Origin: Solirubrobacterales bacterium | GTDB lineage: Bacteria > Actinomycetota > Thermoleophilia > Solirubrobacterales > Solirubrobacteraceae | Assembly (NCBI GenBank): GCA_019244745.1 | Contig: JAFASF010000215.1 | Location: forward strand, 1-54,370 | Length of the DNA stretch: 54,370 nt | Direction of reading: 5' to 3' | Shown: positions 18,099-26,687 of the stretch, piece after piece | How the letters are laid out: each line of letters begins with the position of its first letter | Numbering within the stretch: the first letter of the stretch is position 1 | Position numbers and translations under genes: made by a program | Notes under the pieces: generated by a model | The model's database searches: none | Told to the model about the DNA's origin: nothing | What the model saw: only the letters and a program-made list of their open reading frames with translations

Positions 18099-18871
18099 TC
18101 GCACTGAAACTTGGCTTTCGCGCGTTCGATCCGCACGAGCTTCTGGTGCATTTCCTCGCCGAGCGAGCCGGCGTGTACACCGAGCTCGGACTCGACGTGA
18201 GTTTGGTCGACCTGCGGGCCGGCGATCGTCCTCACGACGCGGCCGTCGCGTGCGGCTCCGCGCTGTTCGCGGCGCTCGACGGCGCTCCGATCCGGATCCG
18301 CCTGATCGCCTCGCGGGCGCCGCTGTTCTGGCTCTATGGGCACCGGAGCGAGCTCGCGGACGCCCGTATCGCCGGCTATCCCCCGGGGACGCCCCCCGCG
18401 CGCTTCTTGGCGTTCGCGCTGCCGGAATCCGCGACTCTGCTCTCCGCCCGCGACGACGCCGCGCGCCTCGCGCTGCTGCGATCGGGAGCCGCGGATTGTG
18501 CGCTGCTCTCAAGCGCCACACCGCCCTCGCGCCTGATGGATATCGAGCCGCTCTTCTGCCTCGCCGACCGGGTTGCCGTGCCAACCACGGGCGTCGCCGC
18601 CCGGGTCGGGGAGGGGCCAGGGGTCGACCGTCTGGTGCAAGCTCATCGACTGGCGCTCGGCGCACTCGCCGCGGATCCGGCCCTTGCCCGAGCGACCGCT
18701 CGCGACGCGTTCGAATTCGACGAAGACGAGGCCGCCTGGGCGGTCAGCGTCGCTCGGCACTACTTCACGGACGATGGCCGCGTGCCCGCGACCTACATCG
18801 AATCAGCTCTGTCGATCGTTGGGGCGACCGCGTCGCCGTACGGGCCGGAAGCGCTGAGTCCGCCCACGTGA
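18095..18871 (+). CDS. Hypothetical protein, SsuA/NMT1-like binding fold, no signal peptide
   Basis: A.RAG.Y.ELGLDV and RLALLRSG.AD patterns; GTGA coupling. Confidence 0.6.
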   Translation: MIALKLGFRAFDPHELLVHFLAERAGVYTELGLDVSLVDLRAGDRPHDAAVACGSALFAALDGAPIRIRLIASRAPLFWLYGHRSELADARIAGYPPGTPPARFLAFALPESATLLSARDDAARLALLRSGAADCALLSSATPPSRLMDIEPLFCLADRVAVPTTGVAARVGEGPGVDRLVQAHRLALGALAADPALARATARDAFEFDEDEAAWAVSVARHYFTDDGRVPATYIESALSIVGATASPYGPEALSPPT

Positions 18872-18873
18872 AC

Positions 18874-20247
18874 CTAGCCGCCGGGCATCCCCACGAGCTT
18901 CGCCGGCCGCCCGAGCCGTTGGCGCACCTGGCCCTTGACGATCCGCGCTCGCCCGCGCATCAACGGGCCCGACACTGAGCCGAACACGTCGGAGACCACG
19001 GCGCGCGCTTTGCGCTCATCGTGGAACGCCTCGGTCAGGACGGTGGCGTCGTTGAAGTTCTCCGTGAACATGTCCGCGAGCCGCTCCTCGGGACTGTGGT
19101 CGTCGGGTCTGGCGGTGCTGCCGTATTGCGCGATCAGCATCAGCTGTCCGGCCTTGGTGACCGGCTCGAGCAACGTGTTATTGAACGCATCGATCAGGTG
19201 ATGACGTGCCCAGAAGCGATCGAAAGTCGCGCGCATCCAGTCCGCGTCGAACGGCTGCTCGCCACGCTCGACGATCGACTCGACGAACACGCGCGCCATC
19301 TTGTTGCCGTTGTTGGCGCCCTGGCCGCCGATCGGATCGAGCGACTGCGCGGTGTCGCCGAGGGCCATCACCGTCCGCCCCGACGGCAGCGTCCCCACGA
19401 CCTCACGCACCTCGGGCGTGAACGACCCGGTAAGCCAGGCGTGCTCGTCGCACGGTTCCGCGCCGCGCACCCAGTCGTAGTCCCACGGCGTCATCTCGCG
19501 CATCACCTCCTTCGCGCGCGCCAATGCCTCCTCCACGTCGCGACACTCGCGGAACCGGTCGAGCGGACTGCCCTCCTTGGCCTCGAAGACGAGGCTCCAC
19601 GACTGTTGGAGGCCTTTCGAGAACCAGGGCACCCAGAAGGCCTCGCCTTGCGTCGCGAAGAAGTTGAACTTGACCGGCCGATACCACGGCGCGTACCCGA
19701 AGGTCATCGGGATCCCGGTGACGTTGACCATCGCGAGGATCCGCTGCGGTTTGGTGTAGCGAGAGCGCGCCGAGTCGCGGGGGAAGAGCTTCATGATCTC
19801 GCCGCGCCCAGCGGCGACGATCGTCAGGTCGTGGCGAGCGGCGACATCTTCGAGTCCGGCGACGTCGAGCTGCCGGATCTCGACCGTGGCGTTTGAGGCG
19901 TCGAGATCGCGCATCCACGTGGCACTCTGCAGCCGCACGTCGATCGCGAGGAAGTAGCGCTGGAAACGGCCGAGCAGCGTCAGTAACTGGTTTCGGTTGT
20001 TCGGGCCAAAGGTCAGATGGATGCCCTCGCCCCGGGGCGCGCCTTCGCCCCACCGCTCGAGTCCGAGCTCGCGTTCGAACGCCAAGGAGGAGTCGAACCG
20101 CGCGGCGGTTCCGGTTGGTCGCGCGTTGCTCAAGAAGTCGTCCGGCGTACGGTCGGAATAGAGCGTCACGTCATAGCCGTGCTGCCGCAGCGCATGCGCC
20201 GCCAGCAGCCCGGCCTGGCCTGCGCCGACGATCGCGATCCTCCTCAT
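18874..20247 (-). CDS. Styrene/indole monooxygenase (StyA-like) FAD-dependent oxygenase
   Basis: GAGQAG, AIDVRL and GD....DPIGGQGAN motifs; 457 aa. Confidence 0.85.
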   Translation of the reverse strand: MRRIAIVGAGQAGLLAAHALRQHGYDVTLYSDRTPDDFLSNARPTGTAARFDSSLAFERELGLERWGEGAPRGEGIHLTFGPNNRNQLLTLLGRFQRYFLAIDVRLQSATWMRDLDASNATVEIRQLDVAGLEDVAARHDLTIVAAGRGEIMKLFPRDSARSRYTKPQRILAMVNVTGIPMTFGYAPWYRPVKFNFFATQGEAFWVPWFSKGLQQSWSLVFEAKEGSPLDRFRECRDVEEALARAKEVMREMTPWDYDWVRGAEPCDEHAWLTGSFTPEVREVVGTLPSGRTVMALGDTAQSLDPIGGQGANNGNKMARVFVESIVERGEQPFDADWMRATFDRFWARHHLIDAFNNTLLEPVTKAGQLMLIAQYGSTARPDDHSPEERLADMFTENFNDATVLTEAFHDERKARAVVSDVFGSVSGPLMRGRARIVKGQVRQRLGRPAKLVGMPGG

Positions 20248-20314
20248 GCGCGTCCTCCTCCCGACTCAGCGGCTCATAGACCTGACACCGGCGCCTGCGG
20301 CGACATCGCCATGA

Positions 20315-21109
20315 TCACCTCGCGGTATAGCCGCCATCGACGACCCAAGCCGCGCCAGTCACGTTCGCCGCCTCGTCGGAGGCGAGGAAGGCAATCACCG
20401 ACGCGATCTCCTCGGGCCGGCCCACCCGCCCGCGCGGGGTGCCATCCACACCCGCGCTCTCCCAAATCGCGTCCTCGTCGGCCTCGGGGAGCTCGGGAAG
20501 GAAATGACGCACCTGCTTTGTCCGTGTCGGTCCGGGGCAGACGGCGTTAACCCGGATGCCGTCGGACGCGTAGCGCGTCGCGAGCGACGTCGCGAGCTGG
20601 CGCACGCCGGCTTTGGTGACGTTATACGCGAAGCTCGACTGCCCGCCCATCTCCTGGCCGACGAACGCGGAGATCGACGCGAGGTTGATGATCACCCCTG
20701 AGCGCTGTCGCACCATCACCCGCAACGCATGCTTCGAGCACAGAAACGTTCCGCGCAGGTTGACCGCCATCAGCCGGTCCCACTCCTCGACGGTCGTATC
20801 CGTGATGTCCTTGAAGAACAGGTTGCCGACGTTGTTGATGAGCACGTCGAGCCGACGATGTCGTTCGCTCGCGGTGCGCACGAGTTCCTCGGCGGTCGCC
20901 TCAACCGAGACGTCACCAACGACGGGTACGTGACCGTCACCCGCCAAAGTCGGCATCAGCGCGTCGAGATACTCGCCCGAGAGGTCGTTCGCGACCAGGT
21001 GCGCCCCCTCCAGCGCGAGCCGCCGCGCCGTCGCCTCGCCTATGCCGCTTCCAGCCCCGGTGACGATCGCGACGCGTCCTGCCAGGCGCTGCGTGGGTTC
21101 TGCGTTCAT
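20315..21109 (-). CDS. SDR family oxidoreductase
   Basis: TGAGSGIG, YNVTK, IRVNAVCPG; AAGGAG RBS. Confidence 0.93.
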   Translation of the reverse strand: MNAEPTQRLAGRVAIVTGAGSGIGEATARRLALEGAHLVANDLSGEYLDALMPTLAGDGHVPVVGDVSVEATAEELVRTASERHRRLDVLINNVGNLFFKDITDTTVEEWDRLMAVNLRGTFLCSKHALRVMVRQRSGVIINLASISAFVGQEMGGQSSFAYNVTKAGVRQLATSLATRYASDGIRVNAVCPGPTRTKQVRHFLPELPEADEDAIWESAGVDGTPRGRVGRPEEIASVIAFLASDEAANVTGAAWVVDGGYTAR

Positions 21110-21183
21110 CACACTCCTTAGTGTTCGCCGGCGAAACTACGCTCCTGGGTGCTTCACGACAAGTCCACGCGAGCGCCTCACGC

Positions 21184-21216
21184 CGGCGCCGCCGGCCACG
21201 CGGGCCGGCGGCGCCG
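21184..21216 (-). terminator. GC hairpin (14-bp perfect stem, 5-nt loop) immediately after the coxG-like stop
   Basis: CGGCGCCGCCGGCC-acgcg-GGCCGGCGGCGCCG; no U-tract. Confidence 0.6.
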
Positions 21217-21840
21217 CTATCGCCGCCGGCGCCGTACCAGCAACCCGGCGACGATGAAAGCCGTCAGTACCGCTGCGGCCCCGATGACGATCCGCTGAGG
21301 CACGAAGGCCGCGACGTCGAGCGCGTCATCGTCCGCGGCCGCACCCGCGTCGCCCGCACGCTCGCCGGGCGCTTGGTCCGGTGGCGCATCACCTCCTCCG
21401 GCGATCCGCTCCTCGAGCCGGCGGGAGAACTCCGCCATCACGCGCCCGCCGACGTCCTCGATCACCCCGCGTCCGAATTGCGCCTGGGGCCCGGTTATGT
21501 TCAGGTCGGTCTGCGCGCGCACGCGGGTGGCCCCCTCCATCTCCTCCAGCTGGTTGTGGATGGTCGCCACCGCCGTGCCCTGGCCTTTGGCCTCGCGCGC
21601 GTTGAGCGCGATGACCGCGGTGTGGCGCTCCTCGTCGACGTCGCGCAGCGTCGCGCGGCCGCGATACTCAACGCGCATCGGACCGATCTTCAGGCGCATC
21701 GTCCCCTCGTAGGTGTCCTTCTCGTCGGTGGCCGTCACGGTCGCCCCCGGCAGGCAGCTCGCGACGCCCTCCATGTCGAGCAGGTGGCGCCAGACCGTGT
21801 CGATGTCGGCGGCGACCGTGAACTCGTTGTTGAGGATCAT
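21217..21840 (-). CDS. CoxG/SRPBCC family protein with C-terminal membrane anchor
   Basis: CLPGA, KIGP and AQFGRG motifs; hydrophobic tail followed by RRRRR. Confidence 0.88.
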   Translation of the reverse strand: MILNNEFTVAADIDTVWRHLLDMEGVASCLPGATVTATDEKDTYEGTMRLKIGPMRVEYRGRATLRDVDEERHTAVIALNAREAKGQGTAVATIHNQLEEMEGATRVRAQTDLNITGPQAQFGRGVIEDVGGRVMAEFSRRLEERIAGGGDAPPDQAPGERAGDAGAAADDDALDVAAFVPQRIVIGAAAVLTAFIVAGLLVRRRRR

Positions 21841-24344
21841 TCGCTCGAGTCGCGAGTGGAGACGGTCACGCCGCGCGGATCACCGCGCTCGCCGCTGTGC
21901 ACCAGCCGCCACACCCGCTCCGAGGTGTTGTGACTCTCGCTGACGACGGCGTCATCGGGACCGAGGGCGTCCTGAATCGCGCTGCAGATCGCGTGCAGGG
22001 GGGCCCCGCCGCCCTCGCCCATCCCCTTGGCGCCGTTCAGGGTAAAGGGGCTCGGGGACTCGATGTCCGCGACCTTGATGTCGGGCGCGTCGAGCGAGGT
22101 GATCGCGTGGTAGTCGTAGAACGAGGCCTGCTGGAGCTGTCCCTGCTCGTCGTACTCGAACGCCTCGTACAGCGCGGCTCCGATCCCGAGCGCCGTGGCC
22201 CCGTGGACCTGGCCCTCGACGATCTGGGGATGGATGCGAGTGCCGCAGTCGTCGACGGCGGCGTAGTCGAGGATCTCGACCTCGCCTGACTCCTCGTCGA
22301 GTTCGACCACGCAGGCGTGGATCTGCGAGGCGTAGGTCAGCGTGAGGTTCCCGGTCTTGGCCTCCGGGTCGGGGACGTGGAACGGAGGCGTGTACACGTA
22401 GCGGGCGTTGAGGCTGAGCCGGTCGCGCATCTCGGGCGTCAGCACGGCGTTGTTGGAGTAGACGATGTTCGCGATCCCGATCAGGGGGATCATGCGCTCC
22501 GGGTCGTCGCGGACGGTGCAGGCGCCGTCGCGCAGCTCGATCTCCTCCGGCTGGGCCTCGAGCGCGTAAGCACCCAGCTCGATGATCTCCTCGCGCAGGC
22601 GCTCGGCGGCTCCTTTGACCGCGCCGAGTCCGGTGACCGCGAACTGGCTCGCGTAGGTGCCCGAAAACGCGACGTAGGTGTTCTGCTGCTGGTTGAAGCC
22701 GGCGGTGACGTGCACGTCCCGCGGCTTGACTCCGAGCACGTCCGCCACCACCTGCGCGGCCGTCGTCTCGTGGCTCTGACCCTGCGGCGTGGTGCCGAGG
22801 TTGACGTTGATCTCGCCGTACAGATCGAGCTTGACGTAGGCCGCCTCGCCGTTGCCCGAGAACGGCAGCTGCGGGTTGATGATCCGCGCCTGGCCGAAGT
22901 TGTTCGTGCCCGAGTCGAGCGTCGAGCCGATCCCGATCCCGATCCGCTTGCCCGAGCCGGTGCCGAGCGCGCGCTGGCGCTCGCGCCAGCGCTCGGCCCC
23001 GATGAGGTCGAGCGCCATATCGAGCGAGCGCGGGAGATCGCCGGAGTCGTAGACACAGCCGTTGGGAGTCTCGTACGGGTAATCCCCGGGCTGGACGTAG
23101 TTGCGCTTGCGCAACTCGACCGGATCGAAGCCGAGCTCGCGCGCGACGATGTCGATCATTCGCTCGAGGAACCACAGGTGCTGCAGCCGCGAGTAGCCCC
23201 GGTTGGGGATCGTCGGGCACTTGTTGGTCAGCGTCTCGGTGTAGTCGACCCGGATGTGCTTGAGCTTGTAGCAGCCGCAGCACACCTGCGACCAGATCAC
23301 GGCGCCGAGCGGCTCGTAGTGCAGGTACGCGCCGGCATCGTCGAACGCCCGCGTCTTGAATCCGAGGATCGAGCCGTCCTTGAGGACCGCGACTTCCGTA
23401 TCGAGGAACACGCGCTCATTGCCCTGCCCGGCCGAGAGCATGTGATCTGTGCGGTACTCGGTCCACTTCGCCGGCCTTCCGGCCTTGCGCGACAGCAGCG
23501 CGAGCGCAGCGATTTGGGGATAGCTGCCGATCTTGACCCCAAATGCGCCGCCGATGTCCTGGGAGGCGAAGATCAGGCGGTTGCTGGCCACGCCCAGAGT
23601 AGGGCCGATGACCATCGAGGCAAACATCGGCATCTGGTTGTTCGACCTCACGTTGACCGTGTCGGTCCCCGGATCCCAGTGGACGACCGCGGCGTTGCAC
23701 TCCAGTGGCGTCGAGGAGAAACGGTGGAAGTGCAGTCGGTCGATCTTCACGACGTTGTCGGCGTTTTGAAGCGCCCAGTCGATGTCGCCCCAGTCGTAGG
23801 TGCCCTTCCATGCCACGTTGCTGCCGACCTGCTCGTGCAGCACCGGGGCGTCGGGATCGGCGGACCGGACCGTGTCGACGATCGCCGGCAGCGGCTCGTA
23901 ATCGACCTCCACCAACCCGGCCGCGTCGCGTGCGATCTCGCGCGTCTCGGCGAGCACGACCGCCACCGCGTCGCCGTGATAGCGGACCTTGTCCACCGCC
24001 AGCGGCCACTCCTCGATCTTGCCGGCGGGCTCGGGTGCGATCTGAAAGAACGGCAACGAGCACATCTCCCTGGCCTCCTCGCCGGTGAGAACCGTGAAGA
24101 CGCCGTCGAGGGCGAGCGCGCGGCTGACGTCGAGCGAGGTGATCTTCGCGTGCGCGAGCGGCGAGCGCACGAAATGGGCATATCCCTGCCGGTGCATCCA
24201 CACGTCGTCGGTGAACTCGCCCTGCCCTTGTACCAGTCGTCGATCCTCGACCCGGGGCACGCTCTGGCCCGCCCACTGGCCAACCTCCTCGGTGGGTTCC
24301 GCCGGCCTGGTGACCGTCTCTGCGGTCACGCCGTTGGGGGTCAT
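21837..24344 (-). CDS. Xanthine-dehydrogenase-family molybdopterin large subunit (not a CODH)
   Basis: R.ED.RL..G.G.F.DD, GGAFG, QGQSHET, VEGQVHG and GAKGMGE motifs; active-site loop PNRGYSR; ATGA coupling at 24344. Confidence 0.92.
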   Translation of the reverse strand: MTPNGVTAETVTRPAEPTEEVGQWAGQSVPRVEDRRLVQGQGEFTDDVWMHRQGYAHFVRSPLAHAKITSLDVSRALALDGVFTVLTGEEAREMCSLPFFQIAPEPAGKIEEWPLAVDKVRYHGDAVAVVLAETREIARDAAGLVEVDYEPLPAIVDTVRSADPDAPVLHEQVGSNVAWKGTYDWGDIDWALQNADNVVKIDRLHFHRFSSTPLECNAAVVHWDPGTDTVNVRSNNQMPMFASMVIGPTLGVASNRLIFASQDIGGAFGVKIGSYPQIAALALLSRKAGRPAKWTEYRTDHMLSAGQGNERVFLDTEVAVLKDGSILGFKTRAFDDAGAYLHYEPLGAVIWSQVCCGCYKLKHIRVDYTETLTNKCPTIPNRGYSRLQHLWFLERMIDIVARELGFDPVELRKRNYVQPGDYPYETPNGCVYDSGDLPRSLDMALDLIGAERWRERQRALGTGSGKRIGIGIGSTLDSGTNNFGQARIINPQLPFSGNGEAAYVKLDLYGEINVNLGTTPQGQSHETTAAQVVADVLGVKPRDVHVTAGFNQQQNTYVAFSGTYASQFAVTGLGAVKGAAERLREEIIELGAYALEAQPEEIELRDGACTVRDDPERMIPLIGIANIVYSNNAVLTPEMRDRLSLNARYVYTPPFHVPDPEAKTGNLTLTYASQIHACVVELDEESGEVEILDYAAVDDCGTRIHPQIVEGQVHGATALGIGAALYEAFEYDEQGQLQQASFYDYHAITSLDAPDIKVADIESPSPFTLNGAKGMGEGGGAPLHAICSAIQDALGPDDAVVSESHNTSERVWRLVHSGERGDPRGVTVSTRDSSE

Positions 24345-24886
24345 TGGGCCTCCTCCTCCTTGTGGTCGATTACGGCGCTCGCGCGCGCCGCGGCGTCGAT
24401 CGAGCCCGCCGTCGCCCGTGCTGCCGCTTCGATCGAGCGCACCATGTTGACGTAGCCGGTACAGCGGCAGATGTTGCCGCGGATCGCCCGGCGAATCTCC
24501 GCCTCCGTCGGGTTGGCATTTCGCCGCAGCAGGAACGTCGCGGCCATCAGCACGCCGGGAGTGCAGTAGCCACACTGCAGCCCGTGCTGCTCGTTGAACG
24601 CCCGCTGGAGCGGCGACAGCTCGCCACCGTCCGACAGCCCCTCCACGGTCTCGATCTCAGCGCCGTCGGCCTGCGGCGCGAGCAACATGCAGCTCTTGAC
24701 GAGCTTGCCATCGATGATCACCGAGCACGCACCGCAGCTTCCCGTATCACAGCCGATGTGGGTGCCCTTCAGGCCCAGCGTGTCACGGATGAAATGCACC
24801 AGCAGCTGTCTCGCCGGCACCGTCGCCGCCTGGCGCTCACCGTTGATCGTGACCTCGATCGCGTGCGTCTGATCCGCTTCAACCAC
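24341..24886 (-). CDS. [2Fe-2S] small subunit (CoxS-like)
   Basis: GCDTGSCGAC, QCGYCTPG, CRCTGY; AGGAGG 8 nt before GTG 24886. Confidence 0.93.
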   Translation of the reverse strand: MVEADQTHAIEVTINGERQAATVPARQLLVHFIRDTLGLKGTHIGCDTGSCGACSVIIDGKLVKSCMLLAPQADGAEIETVEGLSDGGELSPLQRAFNEQHGLQCGYCTPGVLMAATFLLRRNANPTEAEIRRAIRGNICRCTGYVNMVRSIEAAARATAGSIDAAARASAVIDHKEEEAQ

Positions 24887-25751
24887 GCCTGCCACCTCCT
24901 TGCTCAATCGCCTGCCAGACTGATCGGCGCGCCACCACCCGGGCCATCTCGCGCCGGTAATCGGCGCTCGCGTGCACGTCGCCCGGCGGGCTCAGATCCT
25001 CGCCTATGACCAACGAGGCCTCGCGCACCGCTGCCGCTGTGGCCTCAGAACCGCGCAGCGCCCCCTCCATTCCGGTGTGGCGAAATGGCGCCGGCGCCAC
25101 GCAGGCGAGCACGACGCGCGCGTCCTCGATCTGGCCATCGGCGCGCACCATGGCGGCGGCCCGCACCAGCGCCTTGGAGTCGGCGCCGACCGCGACCGTG
25201 CTGTAGCCGGCGCCGCCACCGGCGGGCAGCGGCGGGACCGTGATGCTGCGCAGCAGCTCGCCCTCTCCGACCGCGGTCGTGAAGTAGCCCTCGAAGAACT
25301 CCTCCGCGGGAACCTCGCGCACGCCCCCGGCGGACTGGATGTTCATCGTCGCGCCGAGAGCGACCAGTATCGGCGGGAGGTTGTTGGTCGGATCCGACAG
25401 GCAGCAGTTGCCTCCGACCGTGCCGCGGTTGCGGATCTGCTGATCCTCGATGTGGCCGGCGACATCCGCCAGCACCGCGTGTGCGGCGCGCGCCGGCTCG
25501 GAGTGCTCGAGCTCGTCGTAGGTGACGCAGGCACCGATCTCGAGCGTGCCGTCGGGACGGTCCTGCACCGTGCGCAGCTCCTCCAGCCGGCTGATGTCCA
25601 CCAGCAGCTCGATCGATGCGACCCGGTGCTTGAGCACATTGATCAGGCTCTGGCCACCGGCAAGCGGGGCGGCACCATCCGTCGAGGACAGCATCTCGAG
25701 AGCCTGATCGACGGTTTCGGGCCGGGCATACGCAACCGATTCAAGGAGCAT
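24879..25751 (-). CDS. FAD-binding medium subunit (CoxM-like)
   Basis: AGGQSL, QIRNRGTVGGN, D.HASADYR. Confidence 0.93.
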   Translation of the reverse strand: MLLESVAYARPETVDQALEMLSSTDGAAPLAGGQSLINVLKHRVASIELLVDISRLEELRTVQDRPDGTLEIGACVTYDELEHSEPARAAHAVLADVAGHIEDQQIRNRGTVGGNCCLSDPTNNLPPILVALGATMNIQSAGGVREVPAEEFFEGYFTTAVGEGELLRSITVPPLPAGGGAGYSTVAVGADSKALVRAAAMVRADGQIEDARVVLACVAPAPFRHTGMEGALRGSEATAAAVREASLVIGEDLSPPGDVHASADYRREMARVVARRSVWQAIEQGGGRRG

Positions 25752-26523
25752 CTACGACCCTCTCTGAACTCGCAGTTGGCGGGATGCCCGCGGCGAGCGC
25801 GGGCGCGAAAGACGCGACAGTGTCGAGCAACTCGAAGAGATCCGGCGCGCCCATCGCGTTCGCGATCAGGTTCGCGGTGCGCGCCAGGTGGTTGTGAAGC
25901 TCGGTGGCGGCGAACTCCGGTTCGTGGCCGGCGCACGCCTCGAGGATCCTTTCGTGCTCCAGCCGCCGCTGGTCGAGGTTCATCCGAACCGGCAGCATCG
26001 CGAAGCGGTAGCGCTCGCTGGTCTCCCACAGGGGTTTGATGAGGCGGGTCATCCAGCGCGAGTGGGCGCCCTCGTAGAGGGCGAAATGAAACGCGGTGTG
26101 GGTCGACCAGATGAGCCGCAGGTCCCTGCTCCGATACGCCTTGACGTGCTCCTCCAGTCGCGCCCGGGCCGCGGTCGCCTCTTCGGCGGTGAAGCGTTCC
26201 GCGGCATGTCGAACGGTGAGCGGTTCGAGGGCCAGGCGGGCGTCATAGACCTCTTGCAGGTCGTCGATCGACAATTCCGTCACCCGGGCGCCGCGGTGCG
26301 GGATGTTCTCCACCAAGCCGACCGAATCGAGCTGTCGCAACGCCTCACGAATCGGCATCGGGCTCATCTCCAGGACCTCCGCGAGCTCCTCGATTGGAAG
26401 TCTCTCCCCCGGCGCGAGCAAGCCGGTGACAATCGCTTCGTGCAGCGTCGCAAACGAGCGCTCGGCTAGGGTCCGGTGGCCTCCCGTGAGGCGCAGCGCG
26501 GTCAGTTTCCGAGCATCTGCCAT
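25741..26523 (-). CDS. GntR family (FCD domain) transcriptional regulator
   Basis: PGERL..EELA..L.MS.MPIREAL wHTH; FH and EH..I FCD motifs; ATG 26523 near-leaderless. Confidence 0.93.
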   Translation of the reverse strand: MADARKLTALRLTGGHRTLAERSFATLHEAIVTGLLAPGERLPIEELAEVLEMSPMPIREALRQLDSVGLVENIPHRGARVTELSIDDLQEVYDARLALEPLTVRHAAERFTAEEATAARARLEEHVKAYRSRDLRLIWSTHTAFHFALYEGAHSRWMTRLIKPLWETSERYRFAMLPVRMNLDQRRLEHERILEACAGHEPEFAATELHNHLARTANLIANAMGAPDLFELLDTVASFAPALAAGIPPTASSERVVDAP

Positions 26524-26531
26524 CTTTCCCG

Positions 26532-26561
26532 AATCTAGCCTCATTTCAGATCAAATGTCAA
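26532..26561 (-). promoter_or_regulatory. gntR promoter TTGACA-18-TAGATT with exact box (26549-26561)
   Basis: GATCAAATGTCAA on + strand; same geometry as the promoter at 11003. Confidence 0.82.
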
Positions 26562-26687
26562 ACATCCATCCGAGTGCCCATATTGGATCAGGTTTCTCTT
26601 TCTGTTACCCCGCGCGGGCCCGGGGAGCCATCCAGCCGGTAAAACCGGCGGGGTTGATCGACCACCGCGACCCTCCCGGCCGCTGAC

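Noticed and set aside
22317-24455. Long antisense or alternate-frame ORFs (also 28444-30456, 16986-18665, 42475-44118, 15543-16967)
   Set aside because: Shadow ORFs typical of high-GC DNA; they overlap well-supported genes and have no motifs
21837-25751. Aerobic CO dehydrogenase consuming CO from the Hod-like enzyme
   Set aside because: Large subunit lacks AYxCSFR (no Cu-binding Cys) and AYxGAGR; no coxDEF
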